A stretch of DNA of 64,000 bases from Promethearchaeota archaeon (GTDB taxonomy: Archaea; Asgardarchaeota; Thorarchaeia; Thorarchaeales; Thorarchaeaceae). The stretch is taken from assembly GCA_014728035.1 (NCBI GenBank), contig WJMJ01000131.1, positions 96,001 to 160,000 on the forward strand, read 5' to 3'. The notes below the pieces were generated by a model. The model did not search any database. It worked only from the letters and a program-made list of their open reading frames with translations, and was not told the DNA's origin. The translations under genes and the position numbers were made by a program. How positions within the stretch are numbered: the stretch's first letter is position 1; every line of letters starts with the position of its first letter. This document shows positions 41,588 to 51,413 of the stretch, piece after piece.

Positions 41588-41883
41588 AGGTACACTCTCT
41601 TAACATTCGATTACACATTCAGCACGAAATCGAAAGTTATGTTAAAATTTGTAACTTATTTATATAATGCAAGTCTTTTACGCGATTATAGTGTTCAAGG
41701 ACGCACAACAATTACGATGAACGGACCTTTTATAATTCGAATAGCAATGAATGTACTTTGGTATTTTTGAAACAGCTTCAATATGTACAATCCCAATGAG
41801 ACTTATCTGATGAGATATGGAAGATATTCATGATATACAAAAGATAGACAATGAAACCATATATTAAATAACGAGTGTGTGGA

Positions 41884-44190
41884 ATGATGCGAGTTCTGCA
41901 AGTTGATGATGATGAAATGACTTTGTTCATTTCATTAAAACATCTTGAAAAGAATATCCCTGGAATCGATTTAATACAAATCAAAACTGCGAAAGAAGCT
42001 CTTGAGAAGTTGGAGAGTGCCCAGTTCGATGCAATAATATGTGATTATCAGATGCCAGGTATGGATGGACTGGAATTACTAGACATCATTCGGAAAAAAA
42101 GAGTTACAATCCCTTTCATTATCTTCACAGGCAAAGGAAGAGAAGAGGTTGCAATAAATGCATTAAATCTTGGAGCAGATTATTATGTTGAGAAAAGAGG
42201 GGATGCCAAAAGTCAGTATGCAGAACTCGCACATGTCTTGAAAAGAGTTATTGCACATCACAAGTCAAAAACAATGTTGGAGCAAGAGAGGAAAAGAACC
42301 CAAAAGTACCTTGATGTAGCTGGTGTAATTCTTTTGGCTCTTGATACAAAGGGCAATGTGACTATGATTAATCAGAAAGGTTGCGAGATATTAGAACTGA
42401 CGAAAGAAGAAATTATTGGAAAGAACTGGTTTTCCGAGTTCTTGCCAAAAGGTCAACAAGATGAAATCTTCAAGATATTCAAAGATATAATGAACGGAAG
42501 AATATCTGAGCATGAGTACGAAGAAGGAGGGTTGATATCAAGAGGGGGGGTGGTGAAAACGATTGCATGGAATAATACTCTTCTTTATGATGATGAGGGA
42601 AATGTGATTGGGACGCTTTCTTCTGGCATGGATGTTACAGAAATCAAAAAGACCGAATTTCGACTCAAACGTGCATTAGCAAAAGTAGAGAATCATCGTC
42701 AATATCAAGAGTTGCTATTTGAAGCAGCTCGGTCAGTTCTAACAAACATGGTATTCGATAACGCATCAAAAGAGGTATTTGAAGTATGTAAAACACTCAC
42801 TGGGGCTCGATCGGGTTTCATTGCATTGCTTTCTGAAGATGGGACAACAAATGATAATATCTTAATAGATGGAGGTGGGGAGGAATGCAAGGTTGACCCA
42901 GAATTACCAACTATTATCAGAGGTTTGCGAAAAGTCGCATACCAGGAATGCAGATCAGTTTATGATAACAGCTATATGGAAAGCAAATGGACTAAATATA
43001 TGCCAGAGGGCCATGTAGCATTGTATAATGTCTTGCTAGTTCCACTGATCATCCGAGATGAGGCTGTAGGATTAATCGGTCTAGCAAATAAGCCAGAACC
43101 ATTTACTGAAGACGATGTGAAAACAGTAGAGGTGTTGGCTGAAATTGCTTCAGTCTCATTGGAGACTGATAAAAATAGAGAAGCCCTAAAAGAGAGCGAG
43201 GAAAGATTTCATACCTTTTTCAGTAATGCTCCATTTCCAGCTGCAGTGTTAAACGAAGAGGGGCGGTTCCTTCTATGTAATCAAGAGTTAGAGAGGTTCT
43301 TGGGTTATTCACAAGAAGAGTTTCGCGAATTTAGCTTCATAAATATCACCCATCCAGAGGATATAGCAATAGACCAAGCTTTGTTTGAAGAAGTGCAAAA
43401 AGGTGAACGTGACTCCTACGTAATAGACAAGAGGTATATACGAAAAAATGGAGAAATAATCTGGGGGAGATTAGGTACATCAGTAGTACGTGATGGGTCA
43501 GGTGGCTTGAAATATGTATTTGGAATCATCTCTCGTACAGGAGAACGTAAACCACCGCCAGCTACAAAGAAAGAGATGGTTCAAGAGGTTAGTGAGCTAG
43601 TACACTCGGTGTCCCATGATTTGAGAGGAAGTATCAGCAATATCGCAGGTCTTGCAACCCTATTTCAAGAAGAACAAGATTCTAAGTATATTGAAAAACT
43701 GGTGCATATAACAAAGAATATGCAAGATTTGCTTAACCGATTTGTAGAACTAATTGATGCAGGACTTGTTACAGAGTCGTTAGAGCATATTAACCTCAAT
43801 GAGCTAGTTGACAATCTTGCCCAAGACATAATACCAGACCATATAAATTTCAGACGAGAGAATCTACCAAATGTGATAGGAGACCCTGTTCGGGTTGAAC
43901 AATTGTTCAGAAATCTATTTGTCAATGCAGTTGAACATGGTAATCCGACATCAATCAGAGTATATTCAAAAAGCCATGATGATGGATTTGCTATTTTTGT
44001 TTCCAACAATGGAGACCCAATCCCTATAGAGTATGCCAAGAAGATATTTTCTAGAGGTTTTACCACAAAGGAGCACGGTACTGGAATTGGACTGACAATC
44101 GTTCAACGAGTTGCTGAAGCTCATAACTGGCAGATAAATCTTGAGAGTGTAGATGAACCTACTTTCAGGATATTCATTCCAATGCGATAG
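41884..44190 (+). CDS. Hybrid sensor histidine kinase REC-PAS-GAF-PAS-HisKA-HATPase
   Basis: VDDD/DYQMPGMDG receiver, two PAS domains, GAF, SHDLR, NLFVNAVEH and GTGIGL. Confidence 0.93.
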   Translation: MMRVLQVDDDEMTLFISLKHLEKNIPGIDLIQIKTAKEALEKLESAQFDAIICDYQMPGMDGLELLDIIRKKRVTIPFIIFTGKGREEVAINALNLGADYYVEKRGDAKSQYAELAHVLKRVIAHHKSKTMLEQERKRTQKYLDVAGVILLALDTKGNVTMINQKGCEILELTKEEIIGKNWFSEFLPKGQQDEIFKIFKDIMNGRISEHEYEEGGLISRGGVVKTIAWNNTLLYDDEGNVIGTLSSGMDVTEIKKTEFRLKRALAKVENHRQYQELLFEAARSVLTNMVFDNASKEVFEVCKTLTGARSGFIALLSEDGTTNDNILIDGGGEECKVDPELPTIIRGLRKVAYQECRSVYDNSYMESKWTKYMPEGHVALYNVLLVPLIIRDEAVGLIGLANKPEPFTEDDVKTVEVLAEIASVSLETDKNREALKESEERFHTFFSNAPFPAAVLNEEGRFLLCNQELERFLGYSQEEFREFSFINITHPEDIAIDQALFEEVQKGERDSYVIDKRYIRKNGEIIWGRLGTSVVRDGSGGLKYVFGIISRTGERKPPPATKKEMVQEVSELVHSVSHDLRGSISNIAGLATLFQEEQDSKYIEKLVHITKNMQDLLNRFVELIDAGLVTESLEHINLNELVDNLAQDIIPDHINFRRENLPNVIGDPVRVEQLFRNLFVNAVEHGNPTSIRVYSKSHDDGFAIFVSNNGDPIPIEYAKKIFSRGFTTKEHGTGIGLTIVQRVAEAHNWQINLESVDEPTFRIFIPMR

Positions 44191-44387
44191 TTCAGATTGC
44201 GAATTGGACCAAGATAGACTGATTGTAAGATTATTTCAGAAAGAGAAATGTATTTTGACATGCCATTTTGATGAGTTAAATATCTCAAATTCTATGGCTT
44301 TAATAGATTCGATTCGCCATGTGGTATCAGAAGAACACAAAACACCCAGAGCATGCCCACACAAACCACACCAAATCCCCCCACAAC

Positions 44388-44416
44388 CGCGCCGCGTTCT
44401 GCGGCGCACCTCTTTT
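44388..44416 (+). terminator. GC-rich hairpin + T-tract
   Basis: GCGCCGC-gttct-GCGGCGC followed by acctcTTTTT. Confidence 0.45.
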
Positions 44417-44502
44417 TCAGAGTTTCAGGAATTCGGATTCAATGTTTCATTTGCATTGAGTTCATAAAAGGTTGAAACGTCGTATTATAAAGACGGATTA
44501 GA

Positions 44503-45255
44503 ATGCCTGATGAAAAAGTAAGAAAACAACCACACTATGGACACTATGCACTACAGTGGATGGGCTACACCGTGTTTTTCATGTACCTTGTTGCAGTGAT
44601 ATTATCATACCTATATCTCGTTCTAGCTGGTGTTATTGTTGCTATCTTTGGAACGTATCTCATAACTTCATATATGATCGGGCTTCGTATATTGGACCAA
44701 CATAATCCCTTCCCCCCACCAAAAACACTTAAGCTCACTGGAGAGGAACATGTCTTAGATATCGGCTGTGGACTTGGAAAAATGACAGTTGGTATCGCAA
44801 AGAAACTGACCACTGGAAAGGTCACTGGACTTGACCTCTGGGTAAGTGCTGAGATTCCTGGTAACTCACCAGAGAGAGCTAAGAAAAATGCACAGCTAGA
44901 GGCCGTAGAAGATAGAGTCGAATTTGAAAGTGGCGATGTTAGATCCATGCAGTTCAACGATTCCACTTTTGACGTTGTGACTGCTCTCACTTTGATGAAC
45001 AATATCAGAGGTCATGAAGACAAGATGCTTGCTCTTTCTGAGATCTTACGTGTATTAAAGCCAGATTGCCAATTCTTACTGGTTGAAGTCCCCCGAGACC
45101 GTTGGGGAATGCTTATGGTAACTCCATTGATGTACTGGAGTATGCTAAAGAAAGAGCAATGGATAGAGCTCCTTGAAGAAGTAGGATTTGTAGACATATC
45201 ATACGAAAGATACAGAAAAATGACCACAATCCTAGCAAGAAAACCAGCTAGGTAG
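44503..45255 (+). CDS. Class I SAM-dependent methyltransferase with N-terminal TM
   Basis: VLDIGCGLG, FDVV and LRVLKP motifs. Confidence 0.88.
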   Translation: MPDEKVRKQPHYGHYALQWMGYTVFFMYLVAVILSYLYLVLAGVIVAIFGTYLITSYMIGLRILDQHNPFPPPKTLKLTGEEHVLDIGCGLGKMTVGIAKKLTTGKVTGLDLWVSAEIPGNSPERAKKNAQLEAVEDRVEFESGDVRSMQFNDSTFDVVTALTLMNNIRGHEDKMLALSEILRVLKPDCQFLLVEVPRDRWGMLMVTPLMYWSMLKKEQWIELLEEVGFVDISYERYRKMTTILARKPAR

Positions 45256-45328
45256 AATACCAGACTGTTATCATAGGCCTAGCTGGCGACGATTTACATT
45301 CTTCAATTGGATATACTACTAGAGATAA

Positions 45329-45808
45329 TCAGATGGTATCTAACTCAGAGAGAAGATATTTCTTGTTTCCTTCTTTTTCAATCTGCTTAGCTGACTTCTT
45401 TGCCAGTTCGAAGTATTTCTTGAAATCGTCAGCATCCCGGTCGATTAGGGAATGTGCTCTAGCTAATGCCTCATAGGCAAATGAGAGGTCGAAGTCACCA
45501 ATCCCATTCTCTTCACAGATTTCAAGGCTGCGATTTGCATGATACATAGCGGCTTTGGGTAGTTCTAGTAGCGCATAAACACGAGATATCTGCCATTCTC
45601 CACGTGCCAGATTAACTGGTCCTGTTCCTTCCTCACCGGATTCTACTATTACTCCCCAATGATAGCGTGACGCATGAGCTGAGTGAATCATATCATCATT
45701 GTCAGCTCGAGTCCTATCTGCTCCCTTGTCAATCAAGTCCCATGTACGATTAAAGAGACTCTTTGCCATCTTCTTATGCCATTCTAATTCCGATCTTTCG
45801 TCTGTCAT
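45329..45808 (-). CDS. Conserved helical hypothetical protein
   Basis: FNRTWDL...AHASRYHW...NLARGEWQISRVY...FAYEALARA. Confidence 0.7.
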   Translation of the reverse strand: MTDERSELEWHKKMAKSLFNRTWDLIDKGADRTRADNDDMIHSAHASRYHWGVIVESGEEGTGPVNLARGEWQISRVYALLELPKAAMYHANRSLEICEENGIGDFDLSFAYEALARAHSLIDRDADDFKKYFELAKKSAKQIEKEGNKKYLLSELDTI

Positions 45809-46065
45809 GGAATATACTCCATTCAGTACATGACTCAATGAAGCTTATAATAACCACTATTCTGCCACCTTCACAAGTATGAGGACGAACATACTACGCC
45901 TGCCACCCATAAACGAATACAACTGTAGAACAAGATATTCACTAAGATAGGTTGCGGACGTGACGACTCAAAACAAAATAGTCAGCGAGGAACACAAGCA
46001 CACAGACATATAAGATTGTAAACAAATAATGTATACGTATACTAAAGCGATTACATGTGATGCTA

Positions 46066-46299
46066 ATGACAGTATCGTCGGTTAGACTGACAGAGGAAGA
46101 GAAGGCCTTTCTAGAGAGACTTGTTGCTGAGGGGAGATTTGAATCCATTAGTGAGGCACTAAAGGCTGGAATATACCAGTTGATGAGGGAAGAGAAACTC
46201 CAACAAGTACCGTGGCAGACTTGTGATGATGTGAGACGGTATTTTGCAGATCGGGAAAAGAAACTGAAGGGGCTTGAAGAGGAACATGAAGAAGAATAG
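46066..46299 (+). CDS. Ribbon-helix-helix antitoxin (VapB-like)
   Basis: SVRLTEEE..FLERLV.EGRF.SISEALK, overlapping the PIN gene. Confidence 0.75.
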   Translation: MTVSSVRLTEEEKAFLERLVAEGRFESISEALKAGIYQLMREEKLQQVPWQTCDDVRRYFADREKKLKGLEEEHEEE

Positions 46300-46756
46300 G
46301 ATATATCTGGAGGCCTCGGCACTATGGAATCTTTTCTACGGCGAACCAGGAGAAAATCTTGTAGAATATCTACTTCTTCATAATGAGTACCTCTGTCTAA
46401 CGTCAATCTGGAGCCAACTTGAGATACATAGAGGAATTCAGAAACGTATCAATCAGTCAGAGATAACCTCTGAAGAGGGAACAAATCTTAGGATATACAT
46501 AGATACCCATCTACAACAACTGACTACCAGACGAAGGTTGGAACAGGTTCCAGTAGTTGAGGAGCATGTAGAACTCGCCAAGTCGTTGATAGTGGAATGC
46601 AATCTCTATGCATCCGATGCATTACATGTTGCTACTGCTCTGAACAATGCATGTGAGACGATCTTTGTGGATGACTATCATATGGAGCGACTGCATGACC
46701 GAATTGCCCCACGCCTGCGTATCATGAGGACTTCAGCAGAGATTGAGGATATATGA
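46286..46756 (+). CDS. VapC/PIN toxin
   Basis: IYLEASAL, LEI and LYASDALHVATA PIN motifs. Confidence 0.8.
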   Translation: MKKNRIYLEASALWNLFYGEPGENLVEYLLLHNEYLCLTSIWSQLEIHRGIQKRINQSEITSEEGTNLRIYIDTHLQQLTTRRRLEQVPVVEEHVELAKSLIVECNLYASDALHVATALNNACETIFVDDYHMERLHDRIAPRLRIMRTSAEIEDI

Positions 46757-47016
46757 AACAGATATCTGAACAAGTGACGTAATGTACAACCGCCCGCACC
46801 TCACGTTTTCTGGACATGCTCGCAATACCTATAATGAGTGTTTGAAGTACGATTTGTGCCTGTACTATCAGACACAAAACGAATGCGCAATATGTTCTTG
46901 GACTTCCACACAATCATTCAAAGACCGAAAATACCCAGCAAATGGTCGTAGGAAAGAAAACATGTGAATATTTTTTAGTATTCATACTAGTTAACAAGGT
47001 AAGGAAGTGGGAGATT

Positions 47017-48846
47017 ATGAAGAGATACAAATCAACTTTTGAGAAACTTATTCGACTTCGTAGATATGGAGAGATTGAGGCCCTCTGTGACAGGCTAATC
47101 CAGAACGAGGGGTGGAATGCAATCAGGTCTCTGTTTGCTGACTTGCCGGTGATGGATCATGCCCCCAAAGGATTCACAATGATAGACAAAGAAAAGGCAT
47201 ACATTGCAAAAGCAATACTTCAAGATAGGGACAAATTATACCATGTGCGTGGGGGAGAATTCGTTTTGGGAATCCCCTTAGGAAAAATGCGGGATGCACT
47301 GGTCAAACTGTATAGGATAGAGTCAATCAAAGGTATAGATACACCTCTATTGGAGCTCAGTCTCGATTTGAACCCAGACAACCTTGAAGAATTACGTACT
47401 CAAATCATACCAATATGTATTGAACATTTACTCGACCAAATCAAGACCAAAAACACGTTCTTCTTGGATTTTGAAGAGATTGCATCATCACTATATGCAA
47501 GCATTATTCCAAACTTGATAGATGCTCGGAAGCAAGAAATTGAGGCGCTTGAAGGGGATAACGATATCAATGAATTGCTTCAGACATATTACGGATTTGA
47601 GGTTATAATAAGAGGGACGATACCAAGATACAATCGTGAGATCCCTAAAGGCCTGAAGCAGAAAACTGACAGTCTCTTCAGATTGATGAAGGTGAAAGGT
47701 ACTATTACCAGTGAGGATCTACTCCCTCGAACCAGTCTTTTCCAGCACTGCTCTAAGTACTCAGCATTTCTACTGAATCAGATTGTTGAGATCTCCATTA
47801 GATCGAAACGAAAAAGAGCAAACTCTCTTAGAACTCTGGGATACTTGGGCGATTCACGCGCTATTCCATACATCATGCACATGTTCAATTCATATAACAC
47901 CAGTTCGGAACACAAACATAAAGCTTTAATCAGAACAGTAATTGAAACTCTGGGAAACATTGGATGTGTCGAATCACTGAGAGTTCTAAGGGAGCATATC
48001 GATAAAATCCATCCGAACACACGAAAAGCTTTTGCTAAGATGGCCTTCTCAGACCCAGAGGAAGTGAAATCACTTCTTGAAACAATATACAAAATGGGAA
48101 GAAAACAGGCTAGTATCATAATTGAAGAGCTATGGAGACTAGAAGACTCCAGTGTGATTCCCATTTTAGAATGGGCACTAAAAAAACGGGATGTTAGGTC
48201 ATTTTGTGCAATCCGAGCACTGAAATTATCTGGTGTACAGGGAAAACAAGTTCTGCTGGATCAGGGAGAACACATACCTGAACTAATGCTGGAAAGAAAA
48301 TATCTCCGTGAGCTATCGTCTTCCAGAATAGGGTGGGACCTATTCCAATCACCAGGATTCTTTAGAGGAATGATGGAACTTCTTGAATACCCAGAAAAGG
48401 TCATAAAAGTCCCCAACGAAGTTTGGCGAAGGAGCCGACCAGAGTGGAAGGAGGAGTTCGCTAAGCCACTTGCCCAAGCAATAAGAAGAGCAGACAAGAT
48501 CTTCATACAGCTAGTACTTTCTATACCAGAAGGATATTTCCAATATCAGGACCTACAAGATGCAATGAACGAATCTCGGGAAAAGCTCATCACTCATATG
48601 AAGGACGAAAGAAGTTTGAGGGGAACGCTTAGACATATTGGTTATGGGAAAGCAGTTGATATCTGTATCAGATACCCAGAGATCGCTCAAGATGAGGAGA
48701 TTGCCAAACTGGTTCTTCAAACTTTTGCAAAGGAATTTGAGAGACCAATATCGGTCAGAGAAGAGAGAATCGAGAAAATCAGACAGAACAAATGGCTCAG
48801 ACAAAGTCCTTACTTTGAACTGATTGTAGAAAAGACAAAGAAATGA
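47017..48846 (+). CDS. HEAT-repeat-containing hypothetical protein
   Basis: LRTLGYLGDSRAIP, ETLGNIG and LWRLEDSSVIPIL HEAT-like units. Confidence 0.65.
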   Translation: MKRYKSTFEKLIRLRRYGEIEALCDRLIQNEGWNAIRSLFADLPVMDHAPKGFTMIDKEKAYIAKAILQDRDKLYHVRGGEFVLGIPLGKMRDALVKLYRIESIKGIDTPLLELSLDLNPDNLEELRTQIIPICIEHLLDQIKTKNTFFLDFEEIASSLYASIIPNLIDARKQEIEALEGDNDINELLQTYYGFEVIIRGTIPRYNREIPKGLKQKTDSLFRLMKVKGTITSEDLLPRTSLFQHCSKYSAFLLNQIVEISIRSKRKRANSLRTLGYLGDSRAIPYIMHMFNSYNTSSEHKHKALIRTVIETLGNIGCVESLRVLREHIDKIHPNTRKAFAKMAFSDPEEVKSLLETIYKMGRKQASIIIEELWRLEDSSVIPILEWALKKRDVRSFCAIRALKLSGVQGKQVLLDQGEHIPELMLERKYLRELSSSRIGWDLFQSPGFFRGMMELLEYPEKVIKVPNEVWRRSRPEWKEEFAKPLAQAIRRADKIFIQLVLSIPEGYFQYQDLQDAMNESREKLITHMKDERSLRGTLRHIGYGKAVDICIRYPEIAQDEEIAKLVLQTFAKEFERPISVREERIEKIRQNKWLRQSPYFELIVEKTKK

Positions 48847-49281
48847 TTCAGATAGTTCCAAGTGAGATTTCTCTATTTGCGTACATCTACGTGACGTGAA
48901 TCCCAAGGATATCTAAGTGCACACAGTTTATCATTCTAGTAGAGTCGATAAGAGAATAGAACTGCTTCATTTTTGCAACACAGAGAAGATCTAGAACAAC
49001 AACAAGGTGGAAATATATCCGGTACAGCCTGAAAAAGACATCAATCAGATTATCCTATTTTATCAATCAACTATCTAAACAAGTTAAGTATTGCGATTCA
49101 TGTCCGTTTCTATTGGGAAGAACAACTCACGTCATCCTCAATAGGTTAGAAATAGTGATGAATTGCCGTCGCCAACAGTAAGCGGACTGAGTTTACTCAA
49201 TAGTCGGTTATAGTCAGTAAAACTTCATCGTGGACACATTGGGGGTGGCCGAAACTGCTTGCAATAGTTAGATCACTATAC

Positions 49282-49347
49282 AGGATATAGCATATCCTCT
49301 ACAGAGGACAAAGACTGCAAAAGAAAAATAGTCTGCGAGGATGATGA
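49282..49347 (+). repeat. Direct repeat copy 1 (duplicate of the 23S rRNA 3' trailer)
   Basis: 66 bp identical to 50558-50623 except for one base. 58 bp (49290-49347) are a perfect match. Confidence 0.95.
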
Positions 49348-49354
49348 GTTGTAT

Positions 49355-50494
49355 CTATTCAGCATCCTCTATTGTTTCATGAAGAAGAGAAATCACACCC
49401 TTAAGAGACTCAACTTCGCGTTTGAGCATAGCCGTGAATTCCCTCGAATCTTGCAAATCCTCGTAGGGAATTGTTTTAGATATTTGAAACCTACCATAAA
49501 GATCGATTCTATCCTTTCCAGAATACTTCTTTTCAATATCGGAAAGAGTGAAATCGCATTCCTCAGGAACTAGTCCATATACGGAATACCCTTCTTCAGT
49601 TTTCTTTAGGGATTCTACAAATTCTTCATAGTCCAGAACCTTCATTGAAATTTTAGGTAATGGTCCTTTTCGATGAACTCTGAAATATATTTTGAATCCA
49701 TCTGGTTTCATTTTGAAAGCGAGAATTACTTTAGATTTCCATTTCTTAGATCTGAATTCTAGATTTTCGAAGGCCAGGTGTCCAGATTGTTTTTTGTCTA
49801 ATTCATCAATATTCTTCACCAAAGATGCGATATAGGGTTCTAAGTTGAATAACTGACTCCTAACAGACAGATATCCCGAGATATCTTCATTTTTGATCCC
49901 ACTAAAGGAATTCATTTTCATTTTCTCCAAAATACGTTTAGTTTCCTTGAATAGAAAGGTAGATACAGCTTGTTCACACGAATTCGGGATAGAATCCGAC
50001 TTTGTGGATTTATCAGATTCAATGAGACTGCTCAATGCTCTGTGCAGATCTTGCCATAGCATGATATCCACCGATTCTTTAGGGACTCCCTGCTTTGCAA
50101 GGACAGAGAGAATATCCTTTTTAGATTGACTAGTCTGGTCTGCAGTGACTAGAAGTCGGATATCACGATTCTTGTATCTGGTTTTTAGATCGTCATAGTA
50201 TTTTCTGAGTTGGGAACTCTTCCCAGACGCGGCGTCGTGTTCTGATTTGACTTTGCTCTCAAATCCAATGACAATTTCATCCCCGATCAGAAGACCGTCA
50301 ATACGCCCATGATCAAGTGTTTCTTGGGAATGAATTATAAAATCGCAGTCCAGTCCCTTAAGTTTATCAAAGCCCAATTTGCAAAAAAGGGCCTTGCGCC
50401 TAGCAATATCAATCTTCTCAAGTACGGCCAGAAACCAGTTAGTAAGCTGGTCCTCGTTTCTTTTGTGAGGTTGATACAAGAGAGTTAGCCCCAT
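49355..50494 (-). CDS. PD-(D/E)XK nuclease-family protein (PDDEXK_4-like N-terminus)
   Basis: NEDQLT...SQE...GRIDGLL...IGFESK...QLRKY. GGTGG before the ATG at 50494 and TTTATAT at ~50532-50538. Confidence 0.75.
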   Translation of the reverse strand: MGLTLLYQPHKRNEDQLTNWFLAVLEKIDIARRKALFCKLGFDKLKGLDCDFIIHSQETLDHGRIDGLLIGDEIVIGFESKVKSEHDAASGKSSQLRKYYDDLKTRYKNRDIRLLVTADQTSQSKKDILSVLAKQGVPKESVDIMLWQDLHRALSSLIESDKSTKSDSIPNSCEQAVSTFLFKETKRILEKMKMNSFSGIKNEDISGYLSVRSQLFNLEPYIASLVKNIDELDKKQSGHLAFENLEFRSKKWKSKVILAFKMKPDGFKIYFRVHRKGPLPKISMKVLDYEEFVESLKKTEEGYSVYGLVPEECDFTLSDIEKKYSGKDRIDLYGRFQISKTIPYEDLQDSREFTAMLKREVESLKGVISLLHETIEDAE

Positions 50495-50557
50495 CAATAC
50501 CACCGTACAAGAAGAGTGTGAATCAGGGTTGATATAAACAAATTCAGGATGTAATTG

Positions 50558-50623
50558 AGGATATGGCATATCCTCTACAGAGGACAAAGACTGCAAAAGA
50601 AAAATAGTCTGCGAGGATGATGA
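50558..50623 (+). repeat. Direct repeat copy 2 (native 23S rRNA 3' trailer/terminator)
   Basis: Matches 49282-49347. On the minus strand it contains a T-rich tract (TATTTTTCTTTT) and hairpins. Confidence 0.95.
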
Positions 50624-50790
50624 TCCACGATACACAGTAGTACACGTTCTACCCTTGGCAACTCTAGGTACTGGCGAGTTACACTTTGGAACCGCACGCC
50701 TCGGACATTAGTAGCGGTGAGCTGAACACCTCGTCGAAACTTGGTGCTTACACCCCCGCCCTATTTACCTTGTCTTCTACAAGAGTCCTC

Positions 50791-50849
50791 GTTTCCTAGC
50801 CACACGTTACTGTCACCAGTCCCGTGCTGCATTATGCGGCGCTAGTTAA
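50791..50849 (-). other. Helix 98 / ES39-like expansion segment of 23S rRNA
   Basis: About 59-nt insert between conserved domain-VI flanks, folding as a closing stem (CTAGC/GCTAG) plus two hairpins. Confidence 0.7.
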
Positions 50850-50867
50850 GTGGATATCTAGTTTTGA

Positions 50868-50906
<39 letters not shown>

Positions 50907-51187
50907 TATGGCTTAGCTACCCCACGCTGCCCGATCGGACAATGGGTACACCATAGGCCACCACGATGCGTTCCTCTCGTACCGGCATCCTGTTGCTCTC
51001 AGATATCCAACAGTCCTAATAGATAGAAACCGACCTGTCTCGCAACGGTCTAAACCCAGCTCACGTTCGATTTTAATCGGTGTGCACCCGCACCCTTCGG
51101 GCCTTATGCGACCCGAGGATATCAAGAGCCGACATCGAGGAAGCAAGCCGCGGGGTCGATAGGAACTCTTGCCCGCGACAACTCTGT

Positions 51188-51403
51188 TTGGGGGTACCCA
51201 GAACGAATCTCAGACAGGAGAGCCTAGTTGTAAACTTGCTAAACTTACCAGCTCTCAAGCCTGCCGATAACTGTCGATCCGCGTTGCTATAAATACGGTC
51301 TCCCTTACACTCACATCAGAAAATCTGACGGTCATGTATCTTTCTTGGAAAGAGAGGGAGGTCGCACTTCTAGACGCGGACACGACATTTACCGGGGGAT
51401 ACC
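51188..51403 (-). other. 216-nt ORF-less archaeal BHB intron in 23S rRNA between the A2450 and A2451 equivalents
   Basis: 5' GGGG-UA|G-GUAUCC ... GGGUAC-CCCC-AA|A 3': a 4-bp G:C central helix with two 3-nt bulges. Removal gives GGGGUAACAGAG. Confidence 0.9.
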
Positions 51404-51413
51404 TACCCCTGGG
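51404..51413 (-). other. 10-nt 23S micro-exon CCCAGGGGUA (E. coli 2441-2450 equivalent)
   Basis: Supplies the 3' strand of helix 74, complementary to CCUG-C-GG at ~51812-51825. Confidence 0.88.

Noticed and set aside
49282-50623. CRISPR array or IS element
   Set aside because: There are only two repeat copies 1.28 kb apart, with no spacers, cas genes, transposase or terminal inverted repeats. No CRISPR array was seen anywhere in the window.
50495-50635. N-terminal 47 codons of the 49355-50635 ORF
   Set aside because: They run through the direct repeat and promoter. TATA and RBS support the ATG at 50494.
51300-51345. Box C/D guide or k-turn inside the large intron (CUGA, tandem GA pairs)
   Set aside because: No good RUGAUGA box C, and the GA/GA loop is symmetric without the 3-nt k-turn bulge.
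51188-51403. Group I intron at the well-known L2449 site
   Set aside because: The insert ends in AA rather than a terminal G, and I see no P7/catalytic core motifs. BHB geometry explains both junctions exactly, one nt away at 2450/2451.
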